A stretch of 64,000 nucleotides of DNA from Carcharhinus longimanus (taxonomy: Eukaryota). The stretch lies in contig JASCQW010000001.1 of the NCBI GenBank assembly GCA_030264375.1, forward strand, positions 93,219,771 through 93,283,770, written 5' to 3'. Below are positions 1 through 12,851 of this stretch, piece by piece. The position numbers were made by a program, and so were the translations under genes. The first letter of the stretch is position 1. Each line of letters starts with the position of its first letter. The notes below the pieces were generated by a model that was given only the letters and a program-made list of their open reading frames with translations, searched no databases and was not told the DNA's origin.

Positions 1-330
1 CTAAGAGTCTTACCCTTGATATTATACTCCTTCATCCCATTGGACCTGCCAAAATGGACCACTACACATTTATCCAGTTTGAAGTCCATCTGCCACTTCT
101 CCGCCCAGCCTTGCATCCTATCTGTGTCACGCTGCAACTTCTGATATCCCTCCAAACTATCCACAACACCACCAACCTTCGTGTCATCAGCAAACTTATC
201 AACCCATCCCACCACTTCCTCATCCAGGTCATTTATGAAAATTACAAACAGCAAGGGTCCTAGAACAGAACTGTGGGGCACTCCACTGGTGACTGAACTC
301 CATGCAGAAAAAGACCCATCTTCTACAACA
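1..330 (-). mobile_element. CR1-type LINE reverse transcriptase fragment (decayed)
   Basis: Minus strand reads SGVPHSSVLGP (cf. SGVPQGSVLGP) and KFADDT, the RT catalytic motif. Confidence 0.85.
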
Positions 331-754
331 GTGACCACCATTGCCTGGGACATCACCTCCACCCAAATTAGTTAATTTTCCTTTTAAATGTTGCTTTTTG
401 TTACAGTTATTAATTAGTTTATTTTTGGCAAATTGGTCTTATGGTAAGGTGAGTAGAGTAGTACTCCAGAGGCCAATATTCTGGGGACACAGCTTCAAAA
501 CCTGCCATTGCAGCTGGTGGAATTTAAATCCTTTTAAAGTGGCTGAAGATTAATTAATTTGCTTATTTGTCAATTGGTACTCCGAAGAGTATAAAAGAAA
601 GACCTTTGGGGCACTCCGTCAGTTGATAAGAAGCAAAGGTATGTAATTCTGTATTCTGTAAATAAACTATCTATCAAGTAAAGTATTTGTATCCCATTTC
701 ATACTTTCACCATCTGGCTTGGGATCTAAATAACTGCCTCTATTTTCCATTCTG

Positions 755-830
755 ACAAACTATTGTCCCATCTCCAACCTCCCTTTCTTGTTCACAGTCC
801 TTGACTGTATTTTTGCTTCCCAAATCCATT
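755..830 (+). mobile_element. Old L2/CR1-group LINE RT fragment
   Basis: Reads NYCPISNLPFLFTVLD, matching the conserved NYRPISNLPFLSKVLE motif. Confidence 0.55.
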
Positions 831-859
831 CTTGGCTTTCCCAGAATGCTACGTTTGAA

Positions 860-1172
860 TGAACGTGCAGAGAATATTTCTTCACGTGGATGTAGCTGTT
901 ATTAGGGGGCATAACTATAAGGTTCATGGTGGGAGATATAGGAGGGATGTCCGAGGTAGATTCTTTACTCATAGAGTGGTTGGGGTGTGGAATAGACGGC
1001 CTACTGTGATAGTGGAGTCGGACACTTTAGGAACTTTCAAGGGGTTATTGGATAGGCACATGAAGCACACCAGAATTATAGGGAGGGGATAGCTTGACCT
1101 TGGGATTGGACATAGCTCAGCACAACACTGAGGGCCGAAGGGCCTGTACAGTGATATAACGTTCTATGTTTC
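860..1172 (+). mobile_element. CR1 LINE 3' end (ORF2 C-terminus and 3' UTR)
   Basis: RGHNYKVHGGRYRRDVRGRFFTHRVVGVWN...TFKGLLDRHM, then gggccgaagggcctgt and a ttctatg tail. Confidence 0.85.
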
Positions 1173-1626
1173 TATTTTCAATTCAGTAAAGACTTCTCAT
1201 AACTTGATTTCAACGCAAGATGCAACAGAGAGGTGCTTGACACCAGATCGTAAATCCTCACCCTCCTACGGAGGATTTGGCAAGTCCTCCCCTATCTCTA
1301 CAGGGTCTACCACAACCTCCATGGCTCTTGGGTAAGTGGTGGCAGATGTGAAAGGATAAACAAGGCAACATCTACTCACCATCATTTACATGTGGCAGGA
1401 TGATCAAGGATTGTGTAATGTGCAATTGGGCATGGTGGTGTGGGGGAGGGGGGGAGGGAGAAGGTGAGTGAGTACATTTAGTTGGGGCGGGGGGAGAACT
1501 CAGACATGATTCCCTCTCCCATTTTCCTCCCCATTCTGCCCAATTTTAGAGGAAATTCCAGTCCAGTCCAAAGCAACTGAAAGAATAGCTTCTTACCTTT
1601 ACTGGGAAATATGTTCCAAAAATAAC

Positions 1627-3018
1627 CATCTGTGGGGAGAGAATAGAGCCAGTGTTTCAAGTCCAGGTGACTCTTAGTCAGAGCTGAGAACAAAGAGAAT
1701 CAGCAAAGATTTGTACTACGAGGGTCGTTGGTGGTGGTGTGGGGGGGATGGGACAAAGGGAATGTAAACGAGGATANNNNNNNNNNATACAAAAGGCTGA
1801 GAAGGTGCAAGAAGTGTCAATTAAGTTATCAGAATGCATAAATGGCAGAACAGGGACACAGACTGTTAAAGGACTACCTGAGGAATATGGCAGTGGCTGT
1901 GAAGTTGGGGGGAGGGGGCAAGAAGAACAATTGGAGTGGAGAAGTGGAAAAATGGAAGTGAGAAAGAAGGATTTCAGTCTATCTGCAAGCAGGACCAGAT
2001 CTCCTTGTCGCTTGCCACTTCAACACGCCACCCTGTTCTCCGTCTGTATCCTCATTTACATTCCCTTTGTNNNNNNNNNNNNNNNNNNNNNNNNNNNNNN
2101 NNNNNNNNNNNNNNNNNNNNNNNNNNNNNNNNNNNNNNNNNNNNNNNNNNNNNNNNNNNNNNNNNNNNNNTCAGAATTCTTATTTCCAGATTTGGCACCA
2201 TCCACCACCTTTGTATTTGGCTCAGTGGGTAGTACTCTGACTCTGAGTCCAATGGTCCTGGATTCAGATTGAACTGAGCACCAACCCTGGTGGCACAGTG
2301 GTTGGCACTGTCTGTGTTTGGTCTCTCCGATGTTGACCACTGTGCTGAACACTTTCGGTCCATTTGCAAGCGGGACCCAGACCTTCCTGCAACTTACCAC
2401 TTCAACACCCCTCTCCCCACCCCACTCTCCTGTCCGCATCTTTGGCCTTTTGAAATATTCTAGCGAACCTCAACGCAAACTGGAGAAACAGCACCTCATC
2501 TTCTGATTGGGCTGTTTACAGCCTGCCGGACTGAACACTGAGTTCAACCACCTCAGAGCATGAACTCTCCCCTCCACCTTCACCCCATTTCCATTTATTT
2601 TATTTCATTTAATTTCATCTCGTTTATCCATTTTACCATCCTTCTTTCTCACTTTCATTTTTCCACTTTTCATTCCAGCTCTCCTTCTTGCCCCCTCCCC
2701 TTCCCCTTCCTCCCCTCACCCCTTTCAGGGTAACTGCCACATTCCTCAGGCAGTCCCATAACAATCTGTATCTCTGTTCTGCTATTCACAAATTCCGATC
2801 ACTAAGGGATGCTCTTAGCACCTTCTTTGCCTTCTGTATCCTCATTTACATTCCCTTTGTCCCATTCCAGCCAACCCTACCCCACCCCAGAGTATACATC
2901 TCCGCTGATTCTCTTTGATCTCAGCTCTGACGAAGAGTCATCTAGACTCGATGCATTGGCTCTATTCTCTCCCTCCAGATGCTGTGAGACCTGCTGAGAT
3001 TTTCCAGCATTTTCTGTT
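1627..3018 (+). mobile_element. Penelope-like element remnant with an inverted 5' copy (arms about 1627-1973 and 2637-2980)
   Basis: GIY-YIG C-terminal peptide QRKLEKQHLIF*LGCLQPAGLNTEFN at about 2470-2560; terminal repeat ctgacgaagagtcatctagactcg...cagatgctgtgagacctgctgag; reverse-complement copy upstream. Confidence 0.75.
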
Positions 3019-3139
3019 TATGAGATGGTATAAACCCATGCAAATGAGGTGATCATACCATCCGTGTTTGAATAGATTTCTCCCTATTCTTCTGATCAGC
3101 TGTGCTCACTATTCAAACATAACCCACTGAAAAACCTAC

Positions 3140-3187
3140 CTTACTGTTTTGGTGGAATCAAATAAATAGGACTGTTGTAAATCTTCC
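3140..3187 (-). CDS. SLIT2: Candidate 48-nt cassette exon in intron 28: (W)EDLQQSYLFDSTKTV(R)
   Basis: atgatgcttgcag|G GAA GAT TTA CAA CAG TCC TAT TTA TTT GAT TCC ACC AAA ACA GTA AG|gtaggt; phase 2-2, open, in repeat-free sequence. Acceptor pyrimidine tract is weak. Confidence 0.4.
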
Positions 3188-3810
3188 CTGCAAGCATCAT
3201 TTAGCATTACAGAAGATAAGGCAAACCTATTCCTCAGTAGGACAAGCCTTTAATTGAAAATACATCTTCATGTAAATTTTCACTCTTTCTAGCAGAACAT
3301 CTCATGACATATTTTGACACATTTAGTATGGGTAATGGAATAACTCTGCACAAATCAATAGCTACATAGCTGCAAAAACTGTAGCTGGTTAATCTTTCCA
3401 CACAAATAAAAAAGATCTTTATTATCTTAATGATGCATGCAAGTATGAAGCTGCACGTATACTTAACAACTTGATGAATTAATTGGCATTCTCATGTGAA
3501 ATTATTAAACTACGCTAATAGAGAGCCCGGCTTCATAATTTATGAGCATGCAGCCGCACTCAGTTTCGACTTTTATTTATCAGTGAAGCTGGGAGGATGT
3601 TTATCTGCTCTGGTGCAGCAGTTTGAGAACGACTTTCTCATTTTCTGTTTCATTGCAATAACATTCTATTAATTCGCAATCAACCGTAGCAGAACACATT
3701 TGTTAAAGAATATTGCAGGTCACTGCACTCTTCAGCAGTGAGCACACACCCTATGCAGAGCCATCAGGTAAACACATGATTTAAACCATTGGATATTCAA
3801 ATTAAAGTTA

Positions 3811-3996
3811 ATTTATTAGTCACAAGTAGGCTCACATTCACACTGCAATGAATGTGAAAATCCCCTGTTCGCCACACTCCAGTGCCTGTTTGGCTTCACT
3901 GAAGGAGAATTTAGCATGCCAATGCACATCTTTGGATTGTGGCAGGAAACTGGAGCATTCGGAGGAAACCCATGCAGACATGGAGGGACTGTACAA
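3811..3996 (-). mobile_element. V-SINE (HE1-related) 3' part, truncated by a gap
   Basis: Central domain tctgcatgggtttcctcc...tgctccagtttcctgccacaatccaaagatgtg; tail shared with 4733-4990 and 24503-24780. Confidence 0.75.
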
Positions 3997-4732
3997 NNNN
4001 NNNNNNNNNNNNNNNNNNNNNNNNNNNNNNNNNNNNNNNNNNNNNNNNNNNNNNNNNNNNNNNNNNNNNNNNNNNNNNNNNNNNNNNNNNNNNNNNGGGT
4101 GATGTGGCGGCGCGGGCTTGTTGGGCCGAAGGGCCTGTTTCCCGTGCTGGGTTGTTCTTTGTTCTTTGTTTGAAACCGTGCTGCGTCTGCTCTATCAAGC
4201 AATTCCCCTCAAGATGCCTCCCCTGTTTCCCCTGGGTGGGAATTATAGAATACAACCTCTGGAGAAGGGGAAGATCATTTTGGACTGGGATGAGGAGAAG
4301 TTTCTTCACCCAAAGGTGGGTTGTGGATTACCCATCATTTGGTATAGTCGAGACTGAAATCTATTGATTTCCAGAGAGATCCAAAATCTAGGGATGGGGT
4401 GCAGGCAGGAAAGTGGGGTAAAGGTATGATCTTTTATTCACAATGTTGGAGCAGCTTCAGAGGGCTATATATTTATGTTCCTTTATATGTTTCTTACTGC
4501 TGCTCTTGTTTTGTATGTTCTTGGGTGGAATTTTACCAGCATGACCGCCCAAGGTTCGTACGATCTCGCTCGAGGCCAACGGAGAATGAAGTTCTCCGAG
4601 CCTCACCTGCCCCCAGAATCGAGGCAAGCATATCGGTAAAGTTCCAGACCTTGTGTTCTTAGTATCATCATCTTTTTGCATTTTAAATTCAAAACTCTTT
4701 TAAAGTTTATAATTAGTGTTGCAAGTGTTTCC

Positions 4733-4990
4733 ATTAACACCGCAATGAAGTTACGGTGAAAATCCCCTAGTTGCCACACTCCGGCGCCTGTTCAGGTACA
4801 CTGAAGGAGAATTTAGCTCAGTCAATCCACCTAACTAGCACGTCTTTTGGACTGTGAAACCGGGGAAACCCACGCAGACATGGGGAGAACATGCAGACTC
4901 TACACAGACAGTGACCCAAGCCGGGAATTGAACCCAGGTCCCTGGCGCTGTGAGGCAGCAGTGCTAACCACTGTGCCACTGTGTTGCCCA
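4733..4990 (-). mobile_element. tRNA-derived V-SINE, near full length
   Basis: Head ggcacagtggttagcactgctgcctcacagcgccagggacctgggttcaattccc (A/B boxes), V-domain, and tail ggggattttcaccgtaacttcattgc. Confidence 0.85.
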
Positions 4991-6391
4991 CAGTTTGACT
5001 GAATTGTGACTGCACAGAGGCTAAGCAGTGACCACCACGTGCATTGCGCAGATATTCCACTTTAGGGGAACTTGGAATTCACTTTTAGTGAGGTGGACTT
5101 CCACTTAACAGTGATGTATTTCCCAGCCTCAGAGTTATTTCAGTATTTTTGCTAGGCTTCCCGGCTTCCAAAAATAATGGAGAAGTGCTGCTGGCAGCTC
5201 CTTTCTTATCAGCTTGAACACAACTGTTCCATTTTTTTTTTCAAATTTACTACCTACACAATTGCTTGGCAGTTTAATTTTAAATGTGCATCCATGGGCC
5301 TGAATTTTGTACATTTTCTTATCATTTTAACATGCCCACCTATCTATGGGCAGAGGTCTGGTGAGTGAACCATTGCCCCTCATGAAGCAGTGAAGCTGGC
5401 AGGAGCAAAGTAAAGTCAGTGAAGCAAGTTCTGAAGCATTTTGCAGCCCACACAGCGTCCAGCTATAACTCCATGGAAAATAAACCCATGTGCATGCAAT
5501 CTATTCTATAATTATTAATTAGTTAAGAACCAAAAAGTCCTCTCGGTCCTGTTTTTTATTGTCAATTAAAATGAATTGCTATTGGTACAACAAAAGTCTG
5601 AATCTTCAACTGATCAATGGTACACACACCACCAGGTAATGGTCAAACAGTTAAATGCTTCCAAAAATGCAAGAATGATTCTAAATTTGATTTTTTGTAG
5701 CACCAAATTCTCCATTCTTGTTTGCAGATGGGATTCTCCAGTCGCACTGCAGCACATGGAGATTCAGCATCAAATTCTCCAATCAAGCTAGTGGCTACAC
5801 CAGGGTGTGGGAGACAAGGGAATTCCCGCTGAGATCCAATTTATTTTATTTGCTGAAAAGTCTGAAATTTTATTGTTCTAATTGGACCAAAGCTTTAGGA
5901 AACATTGAAAAACAATGAAGTCACGAATATGATTATCAAGTTAGAGATGTGGTCTGAAAATAACTCCTTAATATTCTCTTTCACCGCAGTAATACCTCAT
6001 CAGTCCCCGGTTTGGTTTCACATCTGTTTTGCGGATTAATAAAATGAGGCTGACTTTTATGGTTTTAAGTTGCTCAGTACTTAAATTCTACCTGTGTAGA
6101 ATTTCTTTTTAGTTTGCTTCTTCAACAATTTCAAGAGAAATATGGATATACATACATTTGGTGTTACTATTAAACTAAAGTTTGTGAAGATGTAAAAACA
6201 TTCTACCCCTTTTATAGCTCTACACAAATATTTTATTCATGTTTAAGGTTTACCTTTCCTTCAGAGAGTCACCAGATTCCTCAGTTGAGGTAAGTTTGAG
6301 TTTGTTAATTGTTGATTGCTAAATGATGGATTTTTATAACGTGTTCATCAGCATTTGAATAAATTTAAAAAAAAAATCAAAATATACAAAC

Positions 6392-6489
6392 CAGAAACCA
6401 TCCTTTTCCCCTTCTTTAAGGTGACAGGTTCCACTATTCTTGCATGGGCTATTAACACAGGCATGAATGGGAACATCACAATCTTGCCC
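6392..6489 (-). CDS. SLIT2: SLIT2 exon 28 (98 nt, EGF1 end / EGF2 start): [32 protein letters not shown](W)
   Basis: ctccacag|GGG CAA GAT TGT...GGT TTC TG|gtttgt; phase 0-2. Confidence 0.96.
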
Positions 6490-7261
6490 CTGTGGAGTCA
6501 CAGAATACAGAGCGGTTAATTATACTGTCTTTGTAAGACCGGGTCTATAAAACTGAAGAACAACAGTCCAATAGTTACTACAGGAATGGAGCCAAGGTTC
6601 TAACTTAAATAGTCATTACATTAGTAGATATGACAGATCAGGAACAACAGTTCAACATAAACAGTCATTAAAGGATTGGGTATGATCCTTTTCAGTTGTG
6701 CCACCAGATTTCCAAGTGAACACACAGTTCTATCTGCTGCATTGATATCTTCAAAATATGTTTTGATTGCAAAAAAAATTAAAACTGCACTGGTCATCTC
6801 GTAAGATGATAGCTTGTGCCATGATGATTAACTCTATGGTGGCACAGTAGTTAGTCCTGCTGCCTCACAGCGCCAGGGACCTGGGTTTGTTTTAACTCCG
6901 AACTGTTCTGAGTGTTTCAAGAAAACTGCAGCATTCAATCAAAGGACTCAATTCCAGTATCATGTGAACATTGGTCTTTGCTGTGCTAAACCTATAGAAG
7001 GATTTTGTCTAAAAGCAGTTTTTGTTTGATTGGAACATCTTAGTTATATTTGCTAAGGGTTATACATTATTGTGGTTGTTTTGTTTTGTTTGTAATTGAT
7101 GTTATTGCTAATATTCTTATTATACATGTTAAATATATTCTTAAATAAACTTTGTTTGATAAAAGCTCCTTAGTGGGTCATTTGAATCATACCTGAAGTG
7201 AAACATATCATGCTTATCTGAGTCAAATTCAGGGTGCAAAACCTATGATCCAGGTGGGTTT

Positions 7262-7890
7262 CATTTCCCCCCATATCCTTTGATCCTCTTTGTTCCTAGT
7301 GCTATATGTAACTTCTTCCTAAATACATACTCTTTTAGCCTCAACTGTTTTCTGTGGTAGTGAATGCCACAGGCTTACCGTTCTCTGGATGAAGAAATTT
7401 CTCCTCATCTTAGTCCTAAAATGTTTACCCCTATCCTAAGACTATGAATGCTGGTTCGGGACCCCACCCCCCTCCTATCATCAGGACCATCCTTCCTGCA
7501 TCTATTCTGTCTAGTAATGTTACAATTTTATAGATTTCTATGAGATCATTCCCATCGTTATTCTGAACTCCAGCGAGCATTATCCTAACTGACTCAATCT
7601 CTCCTCATACATCAGTCCCACCATTCCAGGAATTAGTCAGTTATAGCTTCGCCATGCTCCCTCTATAGCAAGAGCATCCTTCCTCAGATAAGGAAAAAAA
7701 ACTACACACAACGTTCTAGGTGTAGCCTCGCCAAGACCCTGTATCACTATACCCAGACACACTACTCAAATCCTCTCGCTATGAAGGTCAACGTATCATC
7801 TGCCTTCTTTCCGTTTGCTGCACCCTGCATGCTTACCTTCAGTGACTGGTGTAAGAGGACACCCGGGTCTCACTGCACATTTCCCATTCC
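7262..7890 (-). mobile_element. CR1 LINE 3' region fragment
   Basis: Reverse complement has gatgaggagaaatttcttcatccagaga (RRNFFxQR motif) and upstream ORF2 sequence. Confidence 0.75.
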
Positions 7891-9144
7891 CATGTCTTAA
7901 TTGTCACACTTCCATCTTAAAATTACCATCATTCTTACGTTTTAAAATCACTGTCAACTGCAGCTCTAACAGTATATTATTTCATATTCAATCCAGAGAA
8001 TAGACAGCTGTTAGCTGCCAAGAATTGTCAGGTCAATCCAGCAGGCTTACTTGACCTGGCAGAACAAATGAGATATCAGGGGATGATAGCATCTCTGTGA
8101 CAACATTGAACAGTAATTAACTGATGTCCAGAGCTGTCTACTTGACAATACACACTCATGCTTTTCTCCAGCAACAAGCTGCTATACAGCACCAACACTA
8201 GCCAGTTTATTTCCCTGTCAGCCATGATATGATTGAAAATTACGTCCTGGTGTATACACTACACCGCAGATACATGGGCACGAAATTCCTTGGGTGAAAT
8301 TTTAGGTTCAAGAAAGGATCACGTACAGCAGAGAGCTGGAGTATTCCTACTGGAATTTACAGGATCAGTGCAAGATTGTGGGTCAAATGGGTGCAATTAC
8401 CATTTTGGGTCTATCTCTGGAACCTCCTTGCCCTTCAATGCTAGAAAGCCCAATGGCTGCCCATGTCAATGGGAATTGCCAAGCCTCTAACTAAACCTTT
8501 GCCGTGGTCTTGTGGTCCTCTGCAGCAGTTTTAAGTTTTCATTCCTTCAGGTGTCTAGTCATCCTTCATGCTTGGCTTGGGCTCCACTAGCGGAGCAAGC
8601 ATAGGCCTCACTCAACATATTGTTCATGGCTACTACACCAGCTGCCTTTCCAAAGCCCAGAGTGGGAACTTCAGCTTTCAAGTATCCATGGCTNNNNNNN
8701 NNNCAATCAACTTGAAAGGGGTGGATGGAATTCGACCCTTTACAAAGCAAAGGGGAAGCTTGCAGAAATGGTGAAGGTCTAGGGCTGGATTTAGTGGGAC
8801 ACTGTGATTCCCACCCACCTGGAACTTGGTGGGGAGATCACCTACAATCCTGACAGCCACCCCACAGCCATTTAACACTGGAAACAGCATAAATTCTTTG
8901 AAGGTGAGATTTCCACATCTTTCACGGGTCGGAGTCCTAGCACAGGAAGCTGCCAGCCAATCTGATGGCAGGCAGCTCTGCAGACTCTGATGAAGTTACA
9001 GGCAGTTGCACCATGCTGAGGAACCCAGACATGACCGAGGTCAGGGTTTGAGTAGGAAGGTTAGGAAGGTGGAGAAGCTGTCTCTGAGAGATCAGAGAGG
9101 TTAAAGGGTGTGTGGGAAGAGAATGGGGTTTGGGTGTCTGTATA

Positions 9145-9196
9145 TGCGTGTGTGTGTGCGTGCATGTGTGTGTGTGTGGGTGCGTGTGTGTGTGTG
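9145..9196 (+). repeat. Imperfect (TG)n microsatellite
   Basis: gcgtgtgtgtgtgcgtgcatgtgtgtgtgtgtggg... Confidence 0.9.
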
Positions 9197-9214
9197 AGAG
9201 ACCAGCCAGGTATA

Positions 9215-9445
9215 TGTTGTGAGGGTAGTGAATCTGTGAATTCTTTACCGCATAGAGCTGTAGAGGTTGGGTCATTAAGTATGTTCAAGGCTAATATAGA
9301 CAGTAAAGGAATCAGGGGTTGGGGGATAAGGCAGGAAAGTGGAGTTGAAGATTATTTCAGATCAGCCATGATCTCATTGAATGGTGGAGCAGACTTGATG
9401 GGCTGAACGGCCTACTTCTGTTCCTACACCCAATGGTCTTATGGA
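9215..9445 (+). mobile_element. CR1 LINE 3' end
   Basis: agggtagtgaatctgtgaattctttaccgc...agatcagccatgatctcattgaatggtggagcag; near-duplicate of 33960-34235. Confidence 0.8.
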
Positions 9446-9898
9446 ATACTGCGGATGCACACAGGGCCCCTGCCCCCCAAAGGTGACCACCCCTNNNNNN
9501 NNNNNNNNNNNNNNNNNNNNNNNNNNNNNNNNNNNNNNNNNNNNNNNNNNNNNNNNNNNNNNNNNNNNNNNNNNNNNNNNNNNNNNNNNNNNNNNNNNNN
9601 NNNNNNNNNNNNNNNNNNNNNNNNNNNNNNNNNNNNNNNNNNNNNNNNNNNNNNNNNNNNNNNNNNNNNNNNNNNNNNNNNNNNNNNNNNNNNNNNNNNN
9701 NNNNNNNNNNNNNNNNNNNNNNNNNNNNNNNNNCTGTCTGCTGGAATTTCTAAGCACCCACCTTCCAATCCACTGGCAGCAGAGAGCAAGATCCAACAAT
9801 TTGAAGATGCCATTTTGCAGGATGTTACCGTGGTGTCTCATGAAAGTCAAACTGGCAGAATGCTCCCAGAATTCTAACTTTCTGAAGATTATAACATT

Positions 9899-10226
9899 GG
9901 GGCACAGTGGTTAGCACTACTACCTCACAGCTCTAGGGATCTGGGTTCAATTCCTGACTTAGGTCACTGTCTGTGTGGAGTTTGCACATTCTCCCCATGT
10001 TTGCGTGGCTTTCCTCCAGATACTCCGGTTTCTTCTCACAGTCCAAAGATGTGTGATTTTGGTTGTTTGGACATGCTAAATTAATCCTTAGTGTCCCAGG
10101 ATATGATAGGTTAGAGGGATTAGCAGGGTAACTAAGTGGGGGTAGGCCTGGATGGGATTGTTGTCAGTGCAGACTCGATGGGCCAAATGGCCTCCTTCTG
10201 CACTGTAGGGATTCTATGATTCTATT
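9899..10226 (+). mobile_element. HE1-type SINE, full length, with CR1-derived tail
   Basis: tRNA-like head, V-domain, tail gactcgatgggccaaatggcctccttctgcactgtagggattctatgattcta. Confidence 0.88.
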
Positions 10227-11402
10227 ATTTTCTTGGAAACTGTGGCATTGTTGCCTTTCTTTGTCTTTTTGCCAATGTAATTTCCTCATCCTGATTCAAC
10301 AATACAGTTTATTCACCCACAATAATATCCCCCACTTCATTGTAAAAACACATGGCTGATTCTGTGATCAAACTTTCCCAGAAAAGATTGCAGGTTGTAG
10401 GCCTGCAGTCTGTGAGTTCCCAAACATTGAAATTAATTCCCACTGGAGGAACAAAGAGACATGATCCGTGTCTTTAATATTCGTAAGCTATGGTTAACAT
10501 GAATTCAAATATTCCCTTTAATTTAAATCACATATTCCCAGGACAAATGACAAGTACAAAATTAACAAGCTTGCAATGAGACTTTTGATCGTGAGGAATT
10601 ATTTGTCCCTATTGCGTTGTAGATGTTCCTCGGGTTTAAAGCAGAAACAGCTGGATAAATATCTGGCAAAGAATGGGATTGAAGGTTATCACAGAATAAA
10701 TCCTCTGTGGAATTTAATTGTTTCAGCTCCTGCAACCAAGGGAACATCATCTGTAGAACCAGAAATGAATAATGTAATATGTATAATGTTGAACCAATAT
10801 CTGGATCTTTTGCTCAGCAATCTTCAGGGAGAAATTTAATGAATTTCTTCTTCTTGAAACCTACAAGAGATTAAGTAGGCTAGAGAAGTGATACAACAGA
10901 TCAAAAAGTCTGTGGTATGCTCAGATTTGATGGCATCATTTTTTTTCTCTCACTAAAATAACAAATGTATGTGAAGTCACTGTTTGTTCTAGGACATGCA
11001 TGCATATGAGTGACAAGTCAGAAACACAAATATTAGTCATTCATCATCCATTAGTTCATAGGCAGCACACAAGATCATGAGTCAACAAAGCCTGAATCTG
11101 TCGTTTGTGTAGTTTAAGTGTTTGCAAGTTAAGTCACACATGGAACACAATGGCCGGAATCCTCCAGATATTTTTGCCAGCTGACTGCGCACCATCTTGC
11201 CATGGCATGCAATCCATAGGAAATCCCATTGACAGTGGTGGGACCAGAAGATCCCATCACCAGTGCACAGCCTCCCACCGCGGGGAGGCCAGAGAATTTC
11301 CCTCCAGTGACAGTAACTCTTCCTAACACACATGGACATGATGACCTACTCGTGATATATCAGAACTGAATTCTTATTATTCTGAGCATGTTCTGAGCAT
11401 AC

Positions 11403-11527
11403 CTTGAATCCATAAGGACAGGTGCATCTATAGAAATCCACTGGGTCATTGTTGCAGGTGCCATCATTTTTACACGGGTTAGAAAGACAAGGGTTACACT
11501 TGGCTAGAATGTTGATGTCAATGGGAC
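11403..11527 (-). CDS. SLIT2: SLIT2 exon 27 (125 nt, EGF1): [41 protein letters not shown]
   Basis: ttttcaag|GT CCC ATT GAC...GGA TTC AAG|gtatgc; phase 1-0. Confidence 0.97.
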
Positions 11528-12687
11528 CTTGAAAAGTAAAATACCCACATAAGTCAAGCAATACCTGGGGGGTGACAACAAAACGCAAGGACTTTACATT
11601 TACAAAAATCTCAAGAGACAATCTGTTCCTCATCATTTGTCTGTTTTACAGCACTTTTGGAAAAAGAATATTGCAATATGACAAAAATGCTAACAGTTAT
11701 AATTTCAAATGATCTGAAATCCTTGAATGTTTGATAACTAATACTGGGCAGAAATAAACTGCAAATAACTGACTGCACTTTGGAAATCAACAGATTTCAG
11801 TAATCAGCAATGGTATACAATGATCAGGATTCCAGTTCTAAATGAAGTAAACAAAAATTAATCTTATTTTAATGGTATTTTAACAAAACCCTTCTTATTT
11901 GGCATGCAAGGTTGCTGCAGAAAACATTTCTGTTTCAACTCCAAAGATGCATTTAACATAGCATTGACAAAGGTACATCATCACACACCACATTAAGATT
12001 TTTATAGTAAGGAGAGAATAATATACTAAATGTAAAATATACAATTTATCAACAGTACTATTTAAAAATACAATAATGACAATTCAACATTCAAAGAAGA
12101 CGAACATTTATTTCACACTCATCTTTCAATTTAGGTTCAAACTCATGCATTATATATTTAAGGTCAGAAGTTGGACTGACAATGCAGAAATTGTATATTC
12201 ACATCAAATGGATATTGGTTATTAAGGAAACAAGTCTGTTTTGAGGGATTACGTGCTTTCTTGGGATCACATTTAAGGAAAGGCAGAAGGTCTGAGTTCA
12301 ACACCATCCAATATTACCAGGGGCGGCTCAGTTCTCTTACCTGGTACCAGAAAACTGCAAGGCCCTGGAATCTCTATAGGCAGGGCATAGGATGTCAAAG
12401 GTCACAAGTGAAAAATTTAAGAAGTGTTAAATTGCATGCAACCAAGGAAAGTCAAAGGCCAATTAAAAATTACATAAAAGTTTAATCAGAAAGTTAAAAC
12501 CAAGGCTCCGCATTATGAGTATAACCAGTCAACCACAACCAAATAGTTACTTGTCAATCAGAACACAGGAGTCAATCTGATAGATAATCTACATTTGCGA
12601 ATTCTGACTTAATCTCCACTCCAACACACAGAGACATTTTTTGATGTCTACTCAACCCCATAGTAAAACTAATATTATTGGCATTAC

Positions 12688-12851
12688 CTTGACATTCAAA
12701 TTTCTTTGAAGGAGTGGTGAGCAGTAGCTTATCTGTCATTTCACCGGGTCCAGCACAGCGAGCTATGCCTGGCTCTTTATAGCCCGACTTCACCCAGTCA
12801 GATAACCACTGCATGTGACAGTCGCAATACAGGGGGTTTGCACCAAGAGCT
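12688..12851 (-). CDS. SLIT2: SLIT2 exon 26 (164 nt, D4 C-cap): [54 protein letters not shown](G)
   Basis: tttccag|A GCT CTT GGT...TGT CAA G|gtaatg; phase 2-1. Confidence 0.97.

Noticed and set aside
595-625. Minus-strand TDGVPQRSF peptide considered as a SLIT2 microexon
   Set aside because: No suitable GT donor follows; more likely a decayed LINE GVPQGS motif or chance.
1435-1500. G-rich runs with G-quadruplex potential (also poly-G at about 25537-25548)
   Set aside because: Short low-complexity tracts without promoter context; no evidence of function.
6835-6890. tRNA-like A/B-box sequences here and at other SINE heads
   Set aside because: SINE heads without a complete cloverleaf; not tRNA genes.
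6895-7260. Possible solo-LTR fragment with AATAAA
   Set aside because: No TG...CA ends, target-site duplication or second copy visible.
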